Positions 40,173-50,735 of a stretch of 64,000 nucleotides of DNA are shown piece after piece (position 1 is the first letter of the stretch; every line of letters begins with the position of its first letter). The stretch is taken from IMG/VR virus record IMGVR_UViG_3300044630_007810; one strand, 5' to 3'. Source of the DNA: an uncultured virus (IMG/VR IMGVR_UViG_3300044630_007810) (taxonomy: Duplodnaviria > Heunggongvirae > Uroviricota > Caudoviricetes). Made by a program: the position numbers and the translations under genes. The notes beneath the pieces were generated by a model. That model searched no databases, was not told the origin of the DNA, and saw only the letters and a list, made by a program, of their open reading frames with translations.

Positions 40173-41710
40173 TTTTTTCATACGAATTAGAAAAAAAAGT
40201 ATTAAGCGGAATTATTCAACATCCTAAAAAATGGGCTGAAGTATCATCATTTTTAAAGGACAATGATTTTTATACCGAAAGCTCTAAGGTAAATATATCC
40301 ATATTTAAGTTGCTTAAAAACGCATTGGACAATGCAGAACTGATTGATGAAACCATTCTCATTCAAAGAATAAATCAACTAAAGGTTAGTTTTCCAGATA
40401 GTATAGATGTTTCGGAATACATTTATTCTCTTGCCTTTTTTAAAATTAGCGAAGACGTTTTTGAATCATCAGTTCGTGAATTAAAGAAATTTACAGCCAG
40501 AAGAGAAATTTATGCAACATGCAAAGATGTGGCATCTTTTGTCAAGAATATAGATCCAAGTTTAAAATATAGCGAAATTGTAGAAAAGGCAGACCAAATC
40601 TACAATAAGAGTATAAAAGATTTTGAAATAAATGAATCTGGCCCAATTAATCTTTTCGAGATTATGGAAGAGGTTGTCGAAGAACGTGGTAACAATCCAG
40701 TTGATACATTTGGACTTATGGGTCCACACGATAAAATTAACGATATGTATGGATCTTTATTATTGCCTGGAAACATAACTGTTATTGTCGCTCGATCTGG
40801 AGTTGGTAAGACGCAATTTTGTATGGATTACACAACAAAGGTATCTGCAATGCATGATGTTCCAGTTCTTCATTTTGACAATGGAGAAATGAGTGAAGAA
40901 GAATTGATCTTTCGTCAATGTTCGGCAATGACTGGAATACCAGTCTGGCTTTTGCAAACAGGTAAATGGAGAACATCTTCTTATAAAGGAATGACTCCTG
41001 AACAGGTTGTGGCGAAAGTGAGGTCTACTTTTAAAACAATTAAGAATATGGAATTTTATTACGAGAATGTTGCTGGTATGAGTCCAGATGAAATGGCATC
41101 TCTTTTGAAAAGATTCTATTATTCTAAGATAGGTAGAGGTAATCCATTGATTTTTAGTTTTGATTATATCAAAAGTGATTTCGGATCTATTGGTAAAGTC
41201 GATGGATGGCAACAAGTTTCTTATATGGTTCATAAGTTTAAACAAACTATTCATAGGGATCTTTGTTTTGATGGCAAACCATGCGTTTCAATGATAACAT
41301 CTGTTCAATCAAATAGACTTGGAATCACAAACAACAGAAGTGCTGATTCAATTGTCGATGACGAAAGCGTTGTTTCTCTCTCTGATGGAATTACTCAATT
41401 TTGCTCTCATCTTTTCTTATTGCGTAAAAAGATTGCTGAAGAAATTCATTCTGAGGGAAATAGATTTGGCTCTCACAAATTAGTCAATCTTAAAGCAAGG
41501 CATCTTGGCAAAGATCCATTAAGAGCAATCAATCCAGTTGAAATGCCAGATGGAAGTAAAAAATCTAATTTCATTAATCTTGAATTTGAAAACTTCTGCA
41601 TCACAGAAAAAGGCGACTTGAATGACATTGTTCGTTCTATGAATAATGAAGACGTTCATCTTGAAGAAGATGACGAAGATAACTCCATTCCAATGATTTT
41701 TTCACAATGA
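40169..41710 (+). CDS. Replicative DnaB-like helicase
   Basis: ARSGVGKT; GEMS; FDYIK; QSNR; KARH. Confidence 0.85.
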   Translation: MIFSYELEKKVLSGIIQHPKKWAEVSSFLKDNDFYTESSKVNISIFKLLKNALDNAELIDETILIQRINQLKVSFPDSIDVSEYIYSLAFFKISEDVFESSVRELKKFTARREIYATCKDVASFVKNIDPSLKYSEIVEKADQIYNKSIKDFEINESGPINLFEIMEEVVEERGNNPVDTFGLMGPHDKINDMYGSLLLPGNITVIVARSGVGKTQFCMDYTTKVSAMHDVPVLHFDNGEMSEEELIFRQCSAMTGIPVWLLQTGKWRTSSYKGMTPEQVVAKVRSTFKTIKNMEFYYENVAGMSPDEMASLLKRFYYSKIGRGNPLIFSFDYIKSDFGSIGKVDGWQQVSYMVHKFKQTIHRDLCFDGKPCVSMITSVQSNRLGITNNRSADSIVDDESVVSLSDGITQFCSHLFLLRKKIAEEIHSEGNRFGSHKLVNLKARHLGKDPLRAINPVEMPDGSKKSNFINLEFENFCITEKGDLNDIVRSMNNEDVHLEEDDEDNSIPMIFSQ

Positions 41711-42753
41711 GTAAGTATAGAGAAATTTTAGAAAGCCTAGGATATAATCTAAAAGACCATGGTCAATATTGGAGGACAAATGCTGTATATAGATCTGGAG
41801 ATAACACTACGGCACTTCAAATTTACAAGGACACTGGAGTATGGAAAGACTATGTAGAGGACAGTACTTTTATGCCATTTGAGGCGTTGTTGTCTCGTAC
41901 ATTAAATACAAATGATAATAATATAATTAAGAGTTATTTGAAAGACATACAAAAGGGTGTAAATGTAATTAAAGAAAAAAAGTTATTGAAAGAGGAAAAA
42001 ACATATCCAACAGCATCTCTACAAAGACTTTTGCCGCATTATGATTTTTATCTAGAGAAGAACATCTCAATTGAAACTCTTAAAAAATATCAATGTGGTT
42101 TTTCTACATCTGGTAAAATGTATCAAAGAACGATATTCCCAATTTTTAATAAGGATAAAAGGATACATGGTTTTTCTGGCAGAAGAATTGATCTAGATGA
42201 AAACAAACCTAAATGGCTTCATATTGGAAGAGTCGCTGACTGGTTTTATCCATTTTATTCAGTTGATGAATGTGAAACCTCAATCTTTGGTTCCGAGAAA
42301 GTTTTTATTGTAGAATCAATTGGTGATTCTTTGTCGCTTTTTGACAAAGGTGTCAAAAATAATTTAGTTAGTTTCGGCCTAAACATTTCATCCAAATTCA
42401 TATCTAAACTTAGCTTAATGCCAGTTAAAAAAATTATTGTTTGTTTTAACAATGATTATCTTTCTGATAGGAATCGTGGTTTTGAAGGTGCAATTAAGTC
42501 TGTATTTAAACTTATTGACACAATAGACTTTAAACATGTTTATTTTATACCACCCGATTTAAATGATTTTGGGCAAATGTCAAAAGATGATTTAGAGATT
42601 TATCTTAAAAAAGTCGATGATATGAGCCATAAAGAATCTATTGAAATGGTTGTTTCAATAGCGGAAAAAATGGAGTCTACATTAAAAACAAATAAATCTT
42701 TTTCTGATTCTCTTAAAAAACTTAAAAAACTTTATAAATTTAACTATGAGTGA
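41707..42753 (+). CDS. DNA primase (DnaG-like TOPRIM)
   Basis: IFPI...GFSGR...PKW; VESIGD; NND; DFG. Confidence 0.8.
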   Translation: MSKYREILESLGYNLKDHGQYWRTNAVYRSGDNTTALQIYKDTGVWKDYVEDSTFMPFEALLSRTLNTNDNNIIKSYLKDIQKGVNVIKEKKLLKEEKTYPTASLQRLLPHYDFYLEKNISIETLKKYQCGFSTSGKMYQRTIFPIFNKDKRIHGFSGRRIDLDENKPKWLHIGRVADWFYPFYSVDECETSIFGSEKVFIVESIGDSLSLFDKGVKNNLVSFGLNISSKFISKLSLMPVKKIIVCFNNDYLSDRNRGFEGAIKSVFKLIDTIDFKHVYFIPPDLNDFGQMSKDDLEIYLKKVDDMSHKESIEMVVSIAEKMESTLKTNKSFSDSLKKLKKLYKFNYE

Positions 42754-43792
42754 ATTAGCAAATAAACCTCTTTCAGCATCAAGAATTAAAACCTTGCAAA
42801 CATGTTCTTGGCAGTATTGGTGCAAATATCATTTAAAACTTCCAGACACAACAAACGAAGGAAGTTTGAGGGGCAGCATCTGTCACGCCGTTTTTGAGGT
42901 TCTTGGTGATCCAAGACACAAGCATCATTATGATGCCTTGGTTAAGAGCCAAGATATAACATCATCCAAACCAATTAATCGTATGGTTAAGTCTTTTGCA
43001 AAAAAGAATAAAATTGATGATTTTGATAATCTTGAATTAATCAATCAAATGATTATGGAAGGTCTTAATTATGATTTTTTTGGTAATAAATACGGCAAAC
43101 CAGCCGAGTCTATCAGTGAAAAAGATTTTGACATAGAAGTAAAGGACAATCAAAAGAATTATAGAATTCTTGGTTTTATAGATAAGTTGTTTCTATTCAA
43201 GAAAAAGAGAACAGCTTTAATAAGAGATTTTAAAACATCTAAACAAATTTTTAGCGGACAAGAAGTGGAAGATAATATGCAAAATTTAATGTATTGTCTT
43301 GCGGTTAAATATCTATATCCAGATTATCTAAAAAGAGATATGGAGTTTTTGTTTTTAAAATTTGACTGCAAAAACGAAGGTCTTCTAGAAATGAGTGAAG
43401 TATCAGAAGATGAACTAGAAGGCTTTGAATATTTTTTGACGCAAATTCAATCAATAATTAATAATTTTAATGAAAAATCTGCAATTGATGGTCTTGCATA
43501 TAACAAAGGATTTCCTTCTAAAGAAGAAGGTTTTAGTGGAAGAATTGTATGTGGAAGAGCTGAACATAAGGGTCAATTAAAAAAAGATGGAACTTTGATG
43601 TGGCATTGCCCATTTAAATTTCCATTTGATTATTTTGTATTATTGGATGAAGATAAAAATATTATTTCTTCTTCTTACGATAAACAAGAACTAGATAAAA
43701 AAAGAAAAAATGGAGTTGGTTTTTTTATAGAAAAAAGAAAATATTCTGGATGTCCAGCTTTTAGATTTGACAATATTAATGAATTGTTATAA
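42746..43792 (+). CDS. PD-(D/E)xK exonuclease (RecB/AddB/Cas4-like)
   Basis: LSASRI...C; GSICH; GFIDKL; IRDFKTSK; QNLMY; C-terminal cysteines. Confidence 0.8.
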   Translation: MSELANKPLSASRIKTLQTCSWQYWCKYHLKLPDTTNEGSLRGSICHAVFEVLGDPRHKHHYDALVKSQDITSSKPINRMVKSFAKKNKIDDFDNLELINQMIMEGLNYDFFGNKYGKPAESISEKDFDIEVKDNQKNYRILGFIDKLFLFKKKRTALIRDFKTSKQIFSGQEVEDNMQNLMYCLAVKYLYPDYLKRDMEFLFLKFDCKNEGLLEMSEVSEDELEGFEYFLTQIQSIINNFNEKSAIDGLAYNKGFPSKEEGFSGRIVCGRAEHKGQLKKDGTLMWHCPFKFPFDYFVLLDEDKNIISSSYDKQELDKKRKNGVGFFIEKRKYSGCPAFRFDNINELL

Positions 43793-43795
43793 ACT
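43767..43795 (+). promoter_or_regulatory. Sigma70-type promoter
   Basis: TTGACA-17 nt-TAAACT, 6 nt before the GTG start. Confidence 0.55.
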
Positions 43796-43801
43796 TCTTT
43801 A

Positions 43802-44521
43802 GTGACGATACCTCTTTTCAAAACCCACTTTAGTATTGGAAAATCCATATTACGGCCAAAAGATATATTCGATATTCAATTAGAATACAATCTTAAAGAA
43901 ATTGTTGTTGTTGAAGACTCCTTCTATGGATTTAGAGGTCTTAATAATCTCGCCCAACAGCTCGATATTAAACTAATCTTTGGCATAAGATTATCAGTTG
44001 TTCAAAATTCACTTTCCGAACTTCCTAGTAAATTAATATTTTTTGCAAAAAATAATAATGGCATAAACAATATAAAAGCTCTTTATTCAAAAACCTTTGA
44101 AAACAAAGAAATCGTCTTGAACTTATCTGAAGTGGAAGATTCATTTTTTAATGATATTAAAATCGCTGTCCCATTTTACGATTCTTATATTTATAATAAT
44201 TTATTTTATTTTGGATTATCTCATTTAGAACTATCAAGGTTTGATCATTTTTATCTTGTTGAAGATAATCATCACCCATTTGACTTTTTTATAAAAAATC
44301 AAGTTAATAAAATTACACTGGATGGATCTAATCAACTAGTACAATCTGCAAAATCAATATATTATAAAAACAGAGATGACTTCGATGCCTTTCAAATGTA
44401 CAAGGCAATTTGCAATCGTTCAAATGGAAAAAATCCATGTCATTCAAATCCAAATTTAAATCATTTTTGTTCAAATGAATTTTGTTGGCAATCATATATA
44501 GAAAATCATGCTTCCATATAA
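43802..44521 (+). CDS. Stand-alone PHP domain of DNA polymerase III alpha
   Basis: KTHFSIGKSIL...IKLIFGI...FAKNNNGINNI resembles the DnaE N-terminus; metal-binding His residues largely absent. Confidence 0.7.
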   Translation: MTIPLFKTHFSIGKSILRPKDIFDIQLEYNLKEIVVVEDSFYGFRGLNNLAQQLDIKLIFGIRLSVVQNSLSELPSKLIFFAKNNNGINNIKALYSKTFENKEIVLNLSEVEDSFFNDIKIAVPFYDSYIYNNLFYFGLSHLELSRFDHFYLVEDNHHPFDFFIKNQVNKITLDGSNQLVQSAKSIYYKNRDDFDAFQMYKAICNRSNGKNPCHSNPNLNHFCSNEFCWQSYIENHASI

Positions 44522-45122
44522 TCAGAAATACATTGTATTTGATACAGAAACCGAAGGGTTAAATTTGTTTTCATCAAGACCTTGGCAACTAGCTTGGATT
44601 GTTTGTCAAGGTAATCGCGTTATTGAGAAACATGATGAATATATTTCATATCCAGATTTAAAGCTTAATGATACAGTAATTAAATTAACTGGTTTTAATT
44701 TCGACTATTACAATAAGAAAAAGAAAAACCCAAAAGAAGTATGGGAAAAATTTAAGAGTTATTTATATAACGATGATTATATAATTGTGGGACAAAATAT
44801 TCTTGGCTTTGATGTTTATATGATAGCAATCCTACAAAGATTGCTTGGTGAAAAACCAGACTATTCTTATTTGAATAGGATTTATGACACAAGGTGCTTA
44901 GGAAAAGCTTTTAGAGAAAAGCTAGATAAGCCTAAATGCGATTTTTTGTCATGGCAATATAAAATAATGCATGACAGATCATTAAAATCAAAAGTGTCCC
45001 AAATACAGCAGTTGAAATTTTTTGGAATTGAATTTGATGAAAATAAATTACATGAAGCGGTTTATGATTGTGAAATGTGCTTCAAGGTATTTTTAGAAAT
45101 TAAAAAAAATATGGAACTATGA
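44508..45122 (+). CDS. DEDDh 3'-5' exonuclease (DnaQ-like)
   Basis: FDTETEG; GQNILGFD; YDT; LHEAVYD. Confidence 0.85.
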   Translation: MLPYNQKYIVFDTETEGLNLFSSRPWQLAWIVCQGNRVIEKHDEYISYPDLKLNDTVIKLTGFNFDYYNKKKKNPKEVWEKFKSYLYNDDYIIVGQNILGFDVYMIAILQRLLGEKPDYSYLNRIYDTRCLGKAFREKLDKPKCDFLSWQYKIMHDRSLKSKVSQIQQLKFFGIEFDENKLHEAVYDCEMCFKVFLEIKKNMEL

Positions 45123-47686
45123 TTTTTAAAGACTTTTATAATTACGATAATTGTGAACCAGTAGGTGTAGATTTGCCGAAAATCTCTGTTGAAGAATCAA
45201 TCTTAAAAAAGATTGATTCTTCACTTAATAATGAAAGCTCTAGCTTTGATCTACTTAAATCTCTCGTTAGAAATGCGCTAAGAGAAAAGGGTATAACTAA
45301 AAAAATAAATAAGCAAAAATATTACGATAGAGCAAAACAAGAGTTGGATACATTTGACGAACTCGGTTTTACTGATTATATTTTATTAAATTGGGATATT
45401 TTAAATTTTTGCCATACTAATAGCATACCAACTGGAGCTGGTAGAGGATCTGCCGCTGGCAGTCTTGTTTTATATTTGCTTGGCGTAACTAATATTGATC
45501 CAATACCCCATGATCTTTTCTTTGAAAGATTTGTTTCCAAATCTCGCGCACAAAAAGTTTATGATAAATCAGGTAAGGAGTATTTGGTTGGGAGTCTACT
45601 TCCAGACGTAGATTCGGACATCTCTTATGACCAAAGACAAAAAGTTATAGATTATATTGAAAAAAAACATTTTGGCAGAACAGCAAAAATTCTAACGTTT
45701 AACACCTTTAGCTCAAAGCTTTGCATTAGAGAAGCCACAAAATATTTTGATGAAGCAAAAGAGGAAGAGGCTAATGAGATTAGCGATATGATTCCCAAAG
45801 TACATGGTAAAGTTTTTAGTTTAACTAATGCTAAATCTGAAAATGAAAAATTTGATCAATGGATCAAAAAGCACAAAAAAACATTTGAGAACGCTCTTAA
45901 AATAGAGAATTTAAACAAAAATACTGGAGTGCATCCATCAGGAATTGCAATCTGTTCTCAAAAAATTAGTGACGTAGTACCTCTTCAAAAAACAAAAGAT
46001 GGAGACATCGTAACTGGTTACGATATGAATGATGTGAGTGACCTTATGGTTAAGTTTGATATTCTGGGTCTTAGAACATTGACTATTGCTCATAAAACTT
46101 GCTCAAAAGTTGATATTGATATTAATGAAATTGACCCAAATGATGAATTTATTTATGAAGTTCTTCAAAATTTTAACTACCCAATGGGGTTATTCCAAAT
46201 TTCCGCAGATACAAACTTTAAAGTATGTCAAGAGGTTAAGCCTGATAATTTAAATGAACTATCAGATGTAATTGCTTTAGCTAGACCTGGAGCATTACAA
46301 TTTGTTTCAATTTATAAAGATCAAAAACAAAACCCAAGTCAATTAAATTTACATGATGATTTAGATAAAATTCTTTCTTGGTCAAAGAACGTTATTCTTT
46401 ATCAAGAACAACTTATGCAAATTGCTAATAAAGTATTTGGATTGACTCTTGAAGAAGCTGAAGTTCTAAGAAGAATTGTTGGTAAGAAAAAAGTTGATGA
46501 TATGCCAGCATGGAAAGAAAAAATTTATAAAGCTGGTGAAAAGCAAAATTTAGACGAAAAAATAAGTGACTTCTATTGGAATGCTCTTCAAGCATCTGCC
46601 GATTACTCATTCAACAAGTCTCATAGTTTTGCTTACGCAACGTTGGCGGCTAAAACTGTTTTCCTTAAACATAAATACCCCAAGGAATTTTTCGTTTCTA
46701 TTCTTGAATGCGCAGAATTTGAACCAGATCCATTGGAAAACATTTCGGCCATTAGTAAGGAGTTAGTTAATTTTGGAATAAAATTATTGCCGCCATCTTT
46801 AGAACACTCTAAGATGAATTTCTCCATTGAGGGAGATAATATCCGTTATGGTTTAAATAGCATTAAAGGTGTTTCGGTAAAAGCTCTAGAAGCTTTAGTA
46901 GATTTTAGAGGATTATCGTTCAACAATAAATATGAAGTGTTTACTGCGGCAAAAAATGCTGGTATAAATATTTCAGTACTATCTGCACTCATTCAGGCTG
47001 GTACGATGTCTGACTCCTCTCCAGATAGAAGTAGACTTGTTCTTGAAGCTCAGGCATTTAATCTTTTGACAGAGCGTGAAAAACGTAACTTTGTAAAAAT
47101 AGGCGATAGGTTTGGTTTCGATATTTTAACTTCTATCGCAGAAGTTGTAGAGAAAAAAATTATTGGAGATGACAACAAACTCGTAATTTCTGAAAAAAGA
47201 TTCATTACTTTTAAAAATAATTTTTCAAAATATAAAGAAATTTATTCTCATAACAAAAAGCATGATAAATTTTCTAAATGGTGGTATGAAAACTATTTGC
47301 TTGGCTATAGTTATTCTCATGAATTAAAAGAATGTTTTGAAGATGAATTTGGAACTCTTGATGATATTAAAAGCATTAATGATTTTATAGATAGGAGTGA
47401 ATTCAAAGTTGTTGGTCAAGTTAAGGATTCATTTACTAGAATTAGCTCAAATGGCAATAAATATATGATGATTATGTTATCGGATAACAAGGCAGATCAA
47501 AAATTCTTATTTATGGACAACAGAAGAGAAGCAAAGTTGACAAATTTTACAGAAAACAATAAAATACAAAAAGGAGATATTTTAATATTGTCTGGTACTA
47601 AAAGTTCTGATACACTATTTGTAGATAATGTTAAAATTATTGATAGTAAAATTTATATGAAATTAAGAGATGCAAAAAATGATTAA
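45119..47686 (+). CDS. dnaE: DNA polymerase III alpha catalytic subunit (lacking PHP)
   Basis: GAGRGSAAGSLV; FERF; PDVDSD; HPSG; KFDILGL; YQEQLM; FNKSH; C-terminal OB fold. Confidence 0.92.
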   Translation: MIFKDFYNYDNCEPVGVDLPKISVEESILKKIDSSLNNESSSFDLLKSLVRNALREKGITKKINKQKYYDRAKQELDTFDELGFTDYILLNWDILNFCHTNSIPTGAGRGSAAGSLVLYLLGVTNIDPIPHDLFFERFVSKSRAQKVYDKSGKEYLVGSLLPDVDSDISYDQRQKVIDYIEKKHFGRTAKILTFNTFSSKLCIREATKYFDEAKEEEANEISDMIPKVHGKVFSLTNAKSENEKFDQWIKKHKKTFENALKIENLNKNTGVHPSGIAICSQKISDVVPLQKTKDGDIVTGYDMNDVSDLMVKFDILGLRTLTIAHKTCSKVDIDINEIDPNDEFIYEVLQNFNYPMGLFQISADTNFKVCQEVKPDNLNELSDVIALARPGALQFVSIYKDQKQNPSQLNLHDDLDKILSWSKNVILYQEQLMQIANKVFGLTLEEAEVLRRIVGKKKVDDMPAWKEKIYKAGEKQNLDEKISDFYWNALQASADYSFNKSHSFAYATLAAKTVFLKHKYPKEFFVSILECAEFEPDPLENISAISKELVNFGIKLLPPSLEHSKMNFSIEGDNIRYGLNSIKGVSVKALEALVDFRGLSFNNKYEVFTAAKNAGINISVLSALIQAGTMSDSSPDRSRLVLEAQAFNLLTEREKRNFVKIGDRFGFDILTSIAEVVEKKIIGDDNKLVISEKRFITFKNNFSKYKEIYSHNKKHDKFSKWWYENYLLGYSYSHELKECFEDEFGTLDDIKSINDFIDRSEFKVVGQVKDSFTRISSNGNKYMMIMLSDNKADQKFLFMDNRREAKLTNFTENNKIQKGDILILSGTKSSDTLFVDNVKIIDSKIYMKLRDAKND

Positions 47687-50009
47687 ACTTCCCTTTACAC
47701 CACATCTACAAGGAATAATAGAAGACTGTAAGTTATTGTCAGTTCGCTTGAATAAAAGTGGAATTGACTTAGATTTGTTTTTTTATTGTTTTATGAACAA
47801 AATGAATTTATCTTCGTTTAACATTTTTTCAAAATGTGAGATAAACACCGCTGAACTTACATCGACAGCATTATCTTTTGTTAAAAAGGGTAAAAGCAAA
47901 GTGCCATCAGACCACTTCCTTCCAGATCTAAAAAGATTTTTTATTCTAGCTGAGAACATTTGTGAAGAGCAATTAGATATTGATTACATATCTCCAGAGT
48001 CATTAATTATTTGCTTCCTTTCAGAAGAGTTTGCTCCAAAAGCAATATATAAATTTTTTGATATTAAAAGGGGTGAAGAAATATTAAACAATGAAATAAT
48101 AAATGATTTATTATCAGAAACTTTAATTTTCTGCAAAGATTTTTTTATTCTTTCTAATTTTTTAGAAAACAAAGAAAATGATAAAAATGCAAATGATAAA
48201 GTGGACGATTGGATCGATATGTTTGTTGAAAACCCAATTCTTTCAAAATTTGCAGAAAATCTTAATATAAAAGCTGCAGAAGGAAAATTTGATAAAATTA
48301 TTGATTTTGATAATAAGATAGATGAACTTGCTACAATTTTATGTAGAAAGAAAAAACCAAATGCTATTTTGGTTGGTCCAGCTGGAACTGGAAAAACATC
48401 CCTAGTAGAGGGTCTTGCATTAAAAATTATTAAAGGAGAAGCGCCAGAATTGCTTTCAAATAAAGTTATTTACTCAATTAACTTAGGAGCTATGGTTGCT
48501 GGAACAGAATATCGTGGTCAATTTGAAAAAAGACTTCAAGATTTTGTTGAGGAGGCAAAAAAATATAGTAATTTAATTTTATTTATTGATGAAATTCATA
48601 CTTTAGTTGGCGCTGGTGGAGGCCAAAACCACTCTCTTGAAGCATCAAACATTTTAAAACCAGAACTTGCGCGTGGCACAATTAGCTGTATAGGCGCTAC
48701 AACTATTATTGAATATACAAATACAATTAAAAAAGATTCTGCGCTTGACAGAAGGTTCGAAAGAGTTATTGTCAAAGAACCTTCTAAATTTCAAATGAAA
48801 GAAATCTTGCCACAAATAATTGATTATTACGCAGATTTTCATAATGTAAAATATTCAGAAGAATTTGTTGAAAATGTTATTAATTTTTGTGAAAGATTTA
48901 CTCCAAATAAATTTTATCCAGACAAAGCAATTGATGTTATTGATCATTGTGGCGCTCAAGCGAAAGTGAATTTCTGGGAAGTAGACGAATCAATTAAAAG
49001 CAAACAAAGAGAAATTATTGAATATGTAGAAAAAAATGGTCATTTCAAAAAAGAAATGATAGAGGAAATGAATGAAAAAATGGAGTCTTGGGAGAAGAAG
49101 TTGGTAAAAACAGAAGCCCATGTTAAATTAGATCATCTTAAAACATTTTTTGATAAAAAAACAAATCCAATGAATCGAACTGAAAATAATAAAATTATTT
49201 TTAGTAATATCAAAAAAGATATAGCTGGGCAAAACGCCGCACTTAAAAACATGTTTAACATGTTAAGTGTTTTAAATCTTAGTTTGAGCGCTAAATCAAG
49301 TTTTAATAAACCTGATTGTTTGTTAATTTATGGACCTAAATTAGTTGGTAAAACTCTTTTTTGTCAGTTAATTAAAGATGAACTTCAAAAAATAGGAACA
49401 AATGTTATAAGTTATAATGGCATAGAATTTTCCGATTCTTTTGCGCCTTATAAAATTATTTCTGATTTAAATAATAATACATCGTTAGCTGAAAAAATCT
49501 GCATACATCCTAACAGCGTAATTATTATTGATGACTTCGATAAGGTCAATCCATCTTCTTTTGGTTTGTTTTGTCAAATATTAAAAGAGGGGCGATTGCA
49601 AATGAATAATGGAGATATCGCAGATTTTTCAAATTGCAAAATCTTCTTAACATGTGGTGGCAAAGCTAATGTAAAAACTATGGGATTCAATATTGATAAA
49701 AATCAATTTAATGAACCAACAATTGAAAAAGAAATTTTAGATTTAATAACAGAAAAAGTTCAATTTTCTTCATTAAAGAAAAAAGATCTAAGAAGAATAT
49801 TGTTTAATAGATTGAAAAAAATTCAGAGCAACTTAACCATAAAAGACATAAAGTTAAATTTTAATTTTAAATTTATTAAAGAATTCATTGATAAAAATTA
49901 CTCTGAAGATAACTGTATAGAAAAATTAAATTCAGCAATAGAGTCGAAATTAATTCCAGACATCTCTAGCAAAATTATCAATGGAAATACTATCTTAATT
50001 TTAAATTAA
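47670..50009 (+). CDS. ClpA/ClpC-like AAA+ ATPase
   Basis: GPAGTGKT; AGTEYRGQFE; FIDEIHTLVGAG; DSALDRRF; PDKAID; second module GPKLVGKT, IDDFDK, GRL...DFSN; MGF loop. Confidence 0.9.
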   Translation: MQKMIKLPFTPHLQGIIEDCKLLSVRLNKSGIDLDLFFYCFMNKMNLSSFNIFSKCEINTAELTSTALSFVKKGKSKVPSDHFLPDLKRFFILAENICEEQLDIDYISPESLIICFLSEEFAPKAIYKFFDIKRGEEILNNEIINDLLSETLIFCKDFFILSNFLENKENDKNANDKVDDWIDMFVENPILSKFAENLNIKAAEGKFDKIIDFDNKIDELATILCRKKKPNAILVGPAGTGKTSLVEGLALKIIKGEAPELLSNKVIYSINLGAMVAGTEYRGQFEKRLQDFVEEAKKYSNLILFIDEIHTLVGAGGGQNHSLEASNILKPELARGTISCIGATTIIEYTNTIKKDSALDRRFERVIVKEPSKFQMKEILPQIIDYYADFHNVKYSEEFVENVINFCERFTPNKFYPDKAIDVIDHCGAQAKVNFWEVDESIKSKQREIIEYVEKNGHFKKEMIEEMNEKMESWEKKLVKTEAHVKLDHLKTFFDKKTNPMNRTENNKIIFSNIKKDIAGQNAALKNMFNMLSVLNLSLSAKSSFNKPDCLLIYGPKLVGKTLFCQLIKDELQKIGTNVISYNGIEFSDSFAPYKIISDLNNNTSLAEKICIHPNSVIIIDDFDKVNPSSFGLFCQILKEGRLQMNNGDIADFSNCKIFLTCGGKANVKTMGFNIDKNQFNEPTIEKEILDLITEKVQFSSLKKKDLRRILFNRLKKIQSNLTIKDIKLNFNFKFIKEFIDKNYSEDNCIEKLNSAIESKLIPDISSKIINGNTILILN

Positions 50010-50023
50010 GGTAGAATTTAAAC

Positions 50024-50057
50024 AAAAAAAAGGCTAGTCCATTGGACTAGCCTTTTT
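50024..50057. terminator. Bidirectional intrinsic terminator
   Basis: A8-GGCTAGTCC-ATT-GGACTAGCC-T5 between convergent genes. Confidence 0.85.
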
Positions 50058-50076
50058 CTTTATTGCTAACCTATAA

Positions 50077-50286
50077 TTAGCGAAGCGTAACTCGATCAAC
50101 ACTAGACTTTGCTACAGTTCTATCAACACGCTCATTGCGATCATAAACACGAATGTAACTATCTGTCTCCCCAATAAATTGAGCATTAATTACTCGGCCT
50201 TGGGTTGTGTAAAGACCGAAAAAACGGCCCTTTGAGTTACGAATCGCATTAAGTGCGCTAATTTGGTTCTTATTTAGTGTCTTCAT
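50077..50286 (-). CDS. Small hypothetical (probable early) protein
   Basis: 69 aa; has its own promoter and terminator. Confidence 0.65.
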   Translation of the reverse strand: MKTLNKNQISALNAIRNSKGRFFGLYTTQGRVINAQFIGETDSYIRVYDRNERVDRTVAKSSVDRVTLR

Positions 50287-50293
50287 GAATTGA

Positions 50294-50321
50294 ATATTAC
50301 CATAAATATCGTTGAAGTCAA
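50294..50321 (-). promoter_or_regulatory. Sigma70-type promoter
   Basis: TTGACT-16 nt-(TGG)TAATAT, 7 nt before the ATG. Confidence 0.65.
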
Positions 50322-50374
50322 CCTTTTTGTAAAATTTTTATTGAATTTATTGAATTTAAATTCATCATATTTTA

Positions 50375-50548
50375 ATGAGAGCTACTAAAGCAAAGGAACT
50401 TAGAAAATTAATTAATTTAGATTTAAAAAATCCAAATTTAATTCAGAAAAGACTTTACAGAAGACTAAAGAAGGCTTATAGTAAATTAAGTCGCATGGAC
50501 AAACAATCATTCATGCACAATTTAAAACTACAATTAAATGAACAATAA
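50375..50548 (+). CDS. Small basic hypothetical protein (57 aa)
   Basis: MRATKAKELRK...LNEQ*; overlaps the next gene; not in the supplied track. Confidence 0.5.
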   Translation: MRATKAKELRKLINLDLKNPNLIQKRLYRRLKKAYSKLSRMDKQSFMHNLKLQLNEQ

Positions 50549-50735
50549 CGACTGGAAAGAAAGAGAACTAGGCGCACTTTGGCGCGTAAATGGAGGCAAA
50601 CAATCGTTTTACAGCGGCGAGATCCTAGATAAGGAATCTGGCAAGAAAAGAAAAATTGTTGTCTTCCTTAATGATAAAAAGGACAAATCGTCCAATCAAC
50701 CTGATTTGAGAATTTACGAAAGCAAGGAACAATGA
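50538..50735 (+). CDS. DUF736-like small protein
   Basis: LGALW...FYSG...IVVFLN...NQPDLRIY. Confidence 0.55.
   Translation: MNNNDWKERELGALWRVNGGKQSFYSGEILDKESGKKRKIVVFLNDKKDKSSNQPDLRIYESKEQ

Noticed and set aside
42746..43792. Cas4 as part of a CRISPR system
   Set aside because: Lies in the replication operon with no array or other cas genes; an ordinary phage PD-(D/E)xK exonuclease is more likely
25899..47686. Inteins in NrdA, DnaB, RecA-like or DnaE
   Set aside because: Protein lengths are normal or short, with no intein splice-junction or LAGLIDADG blocks
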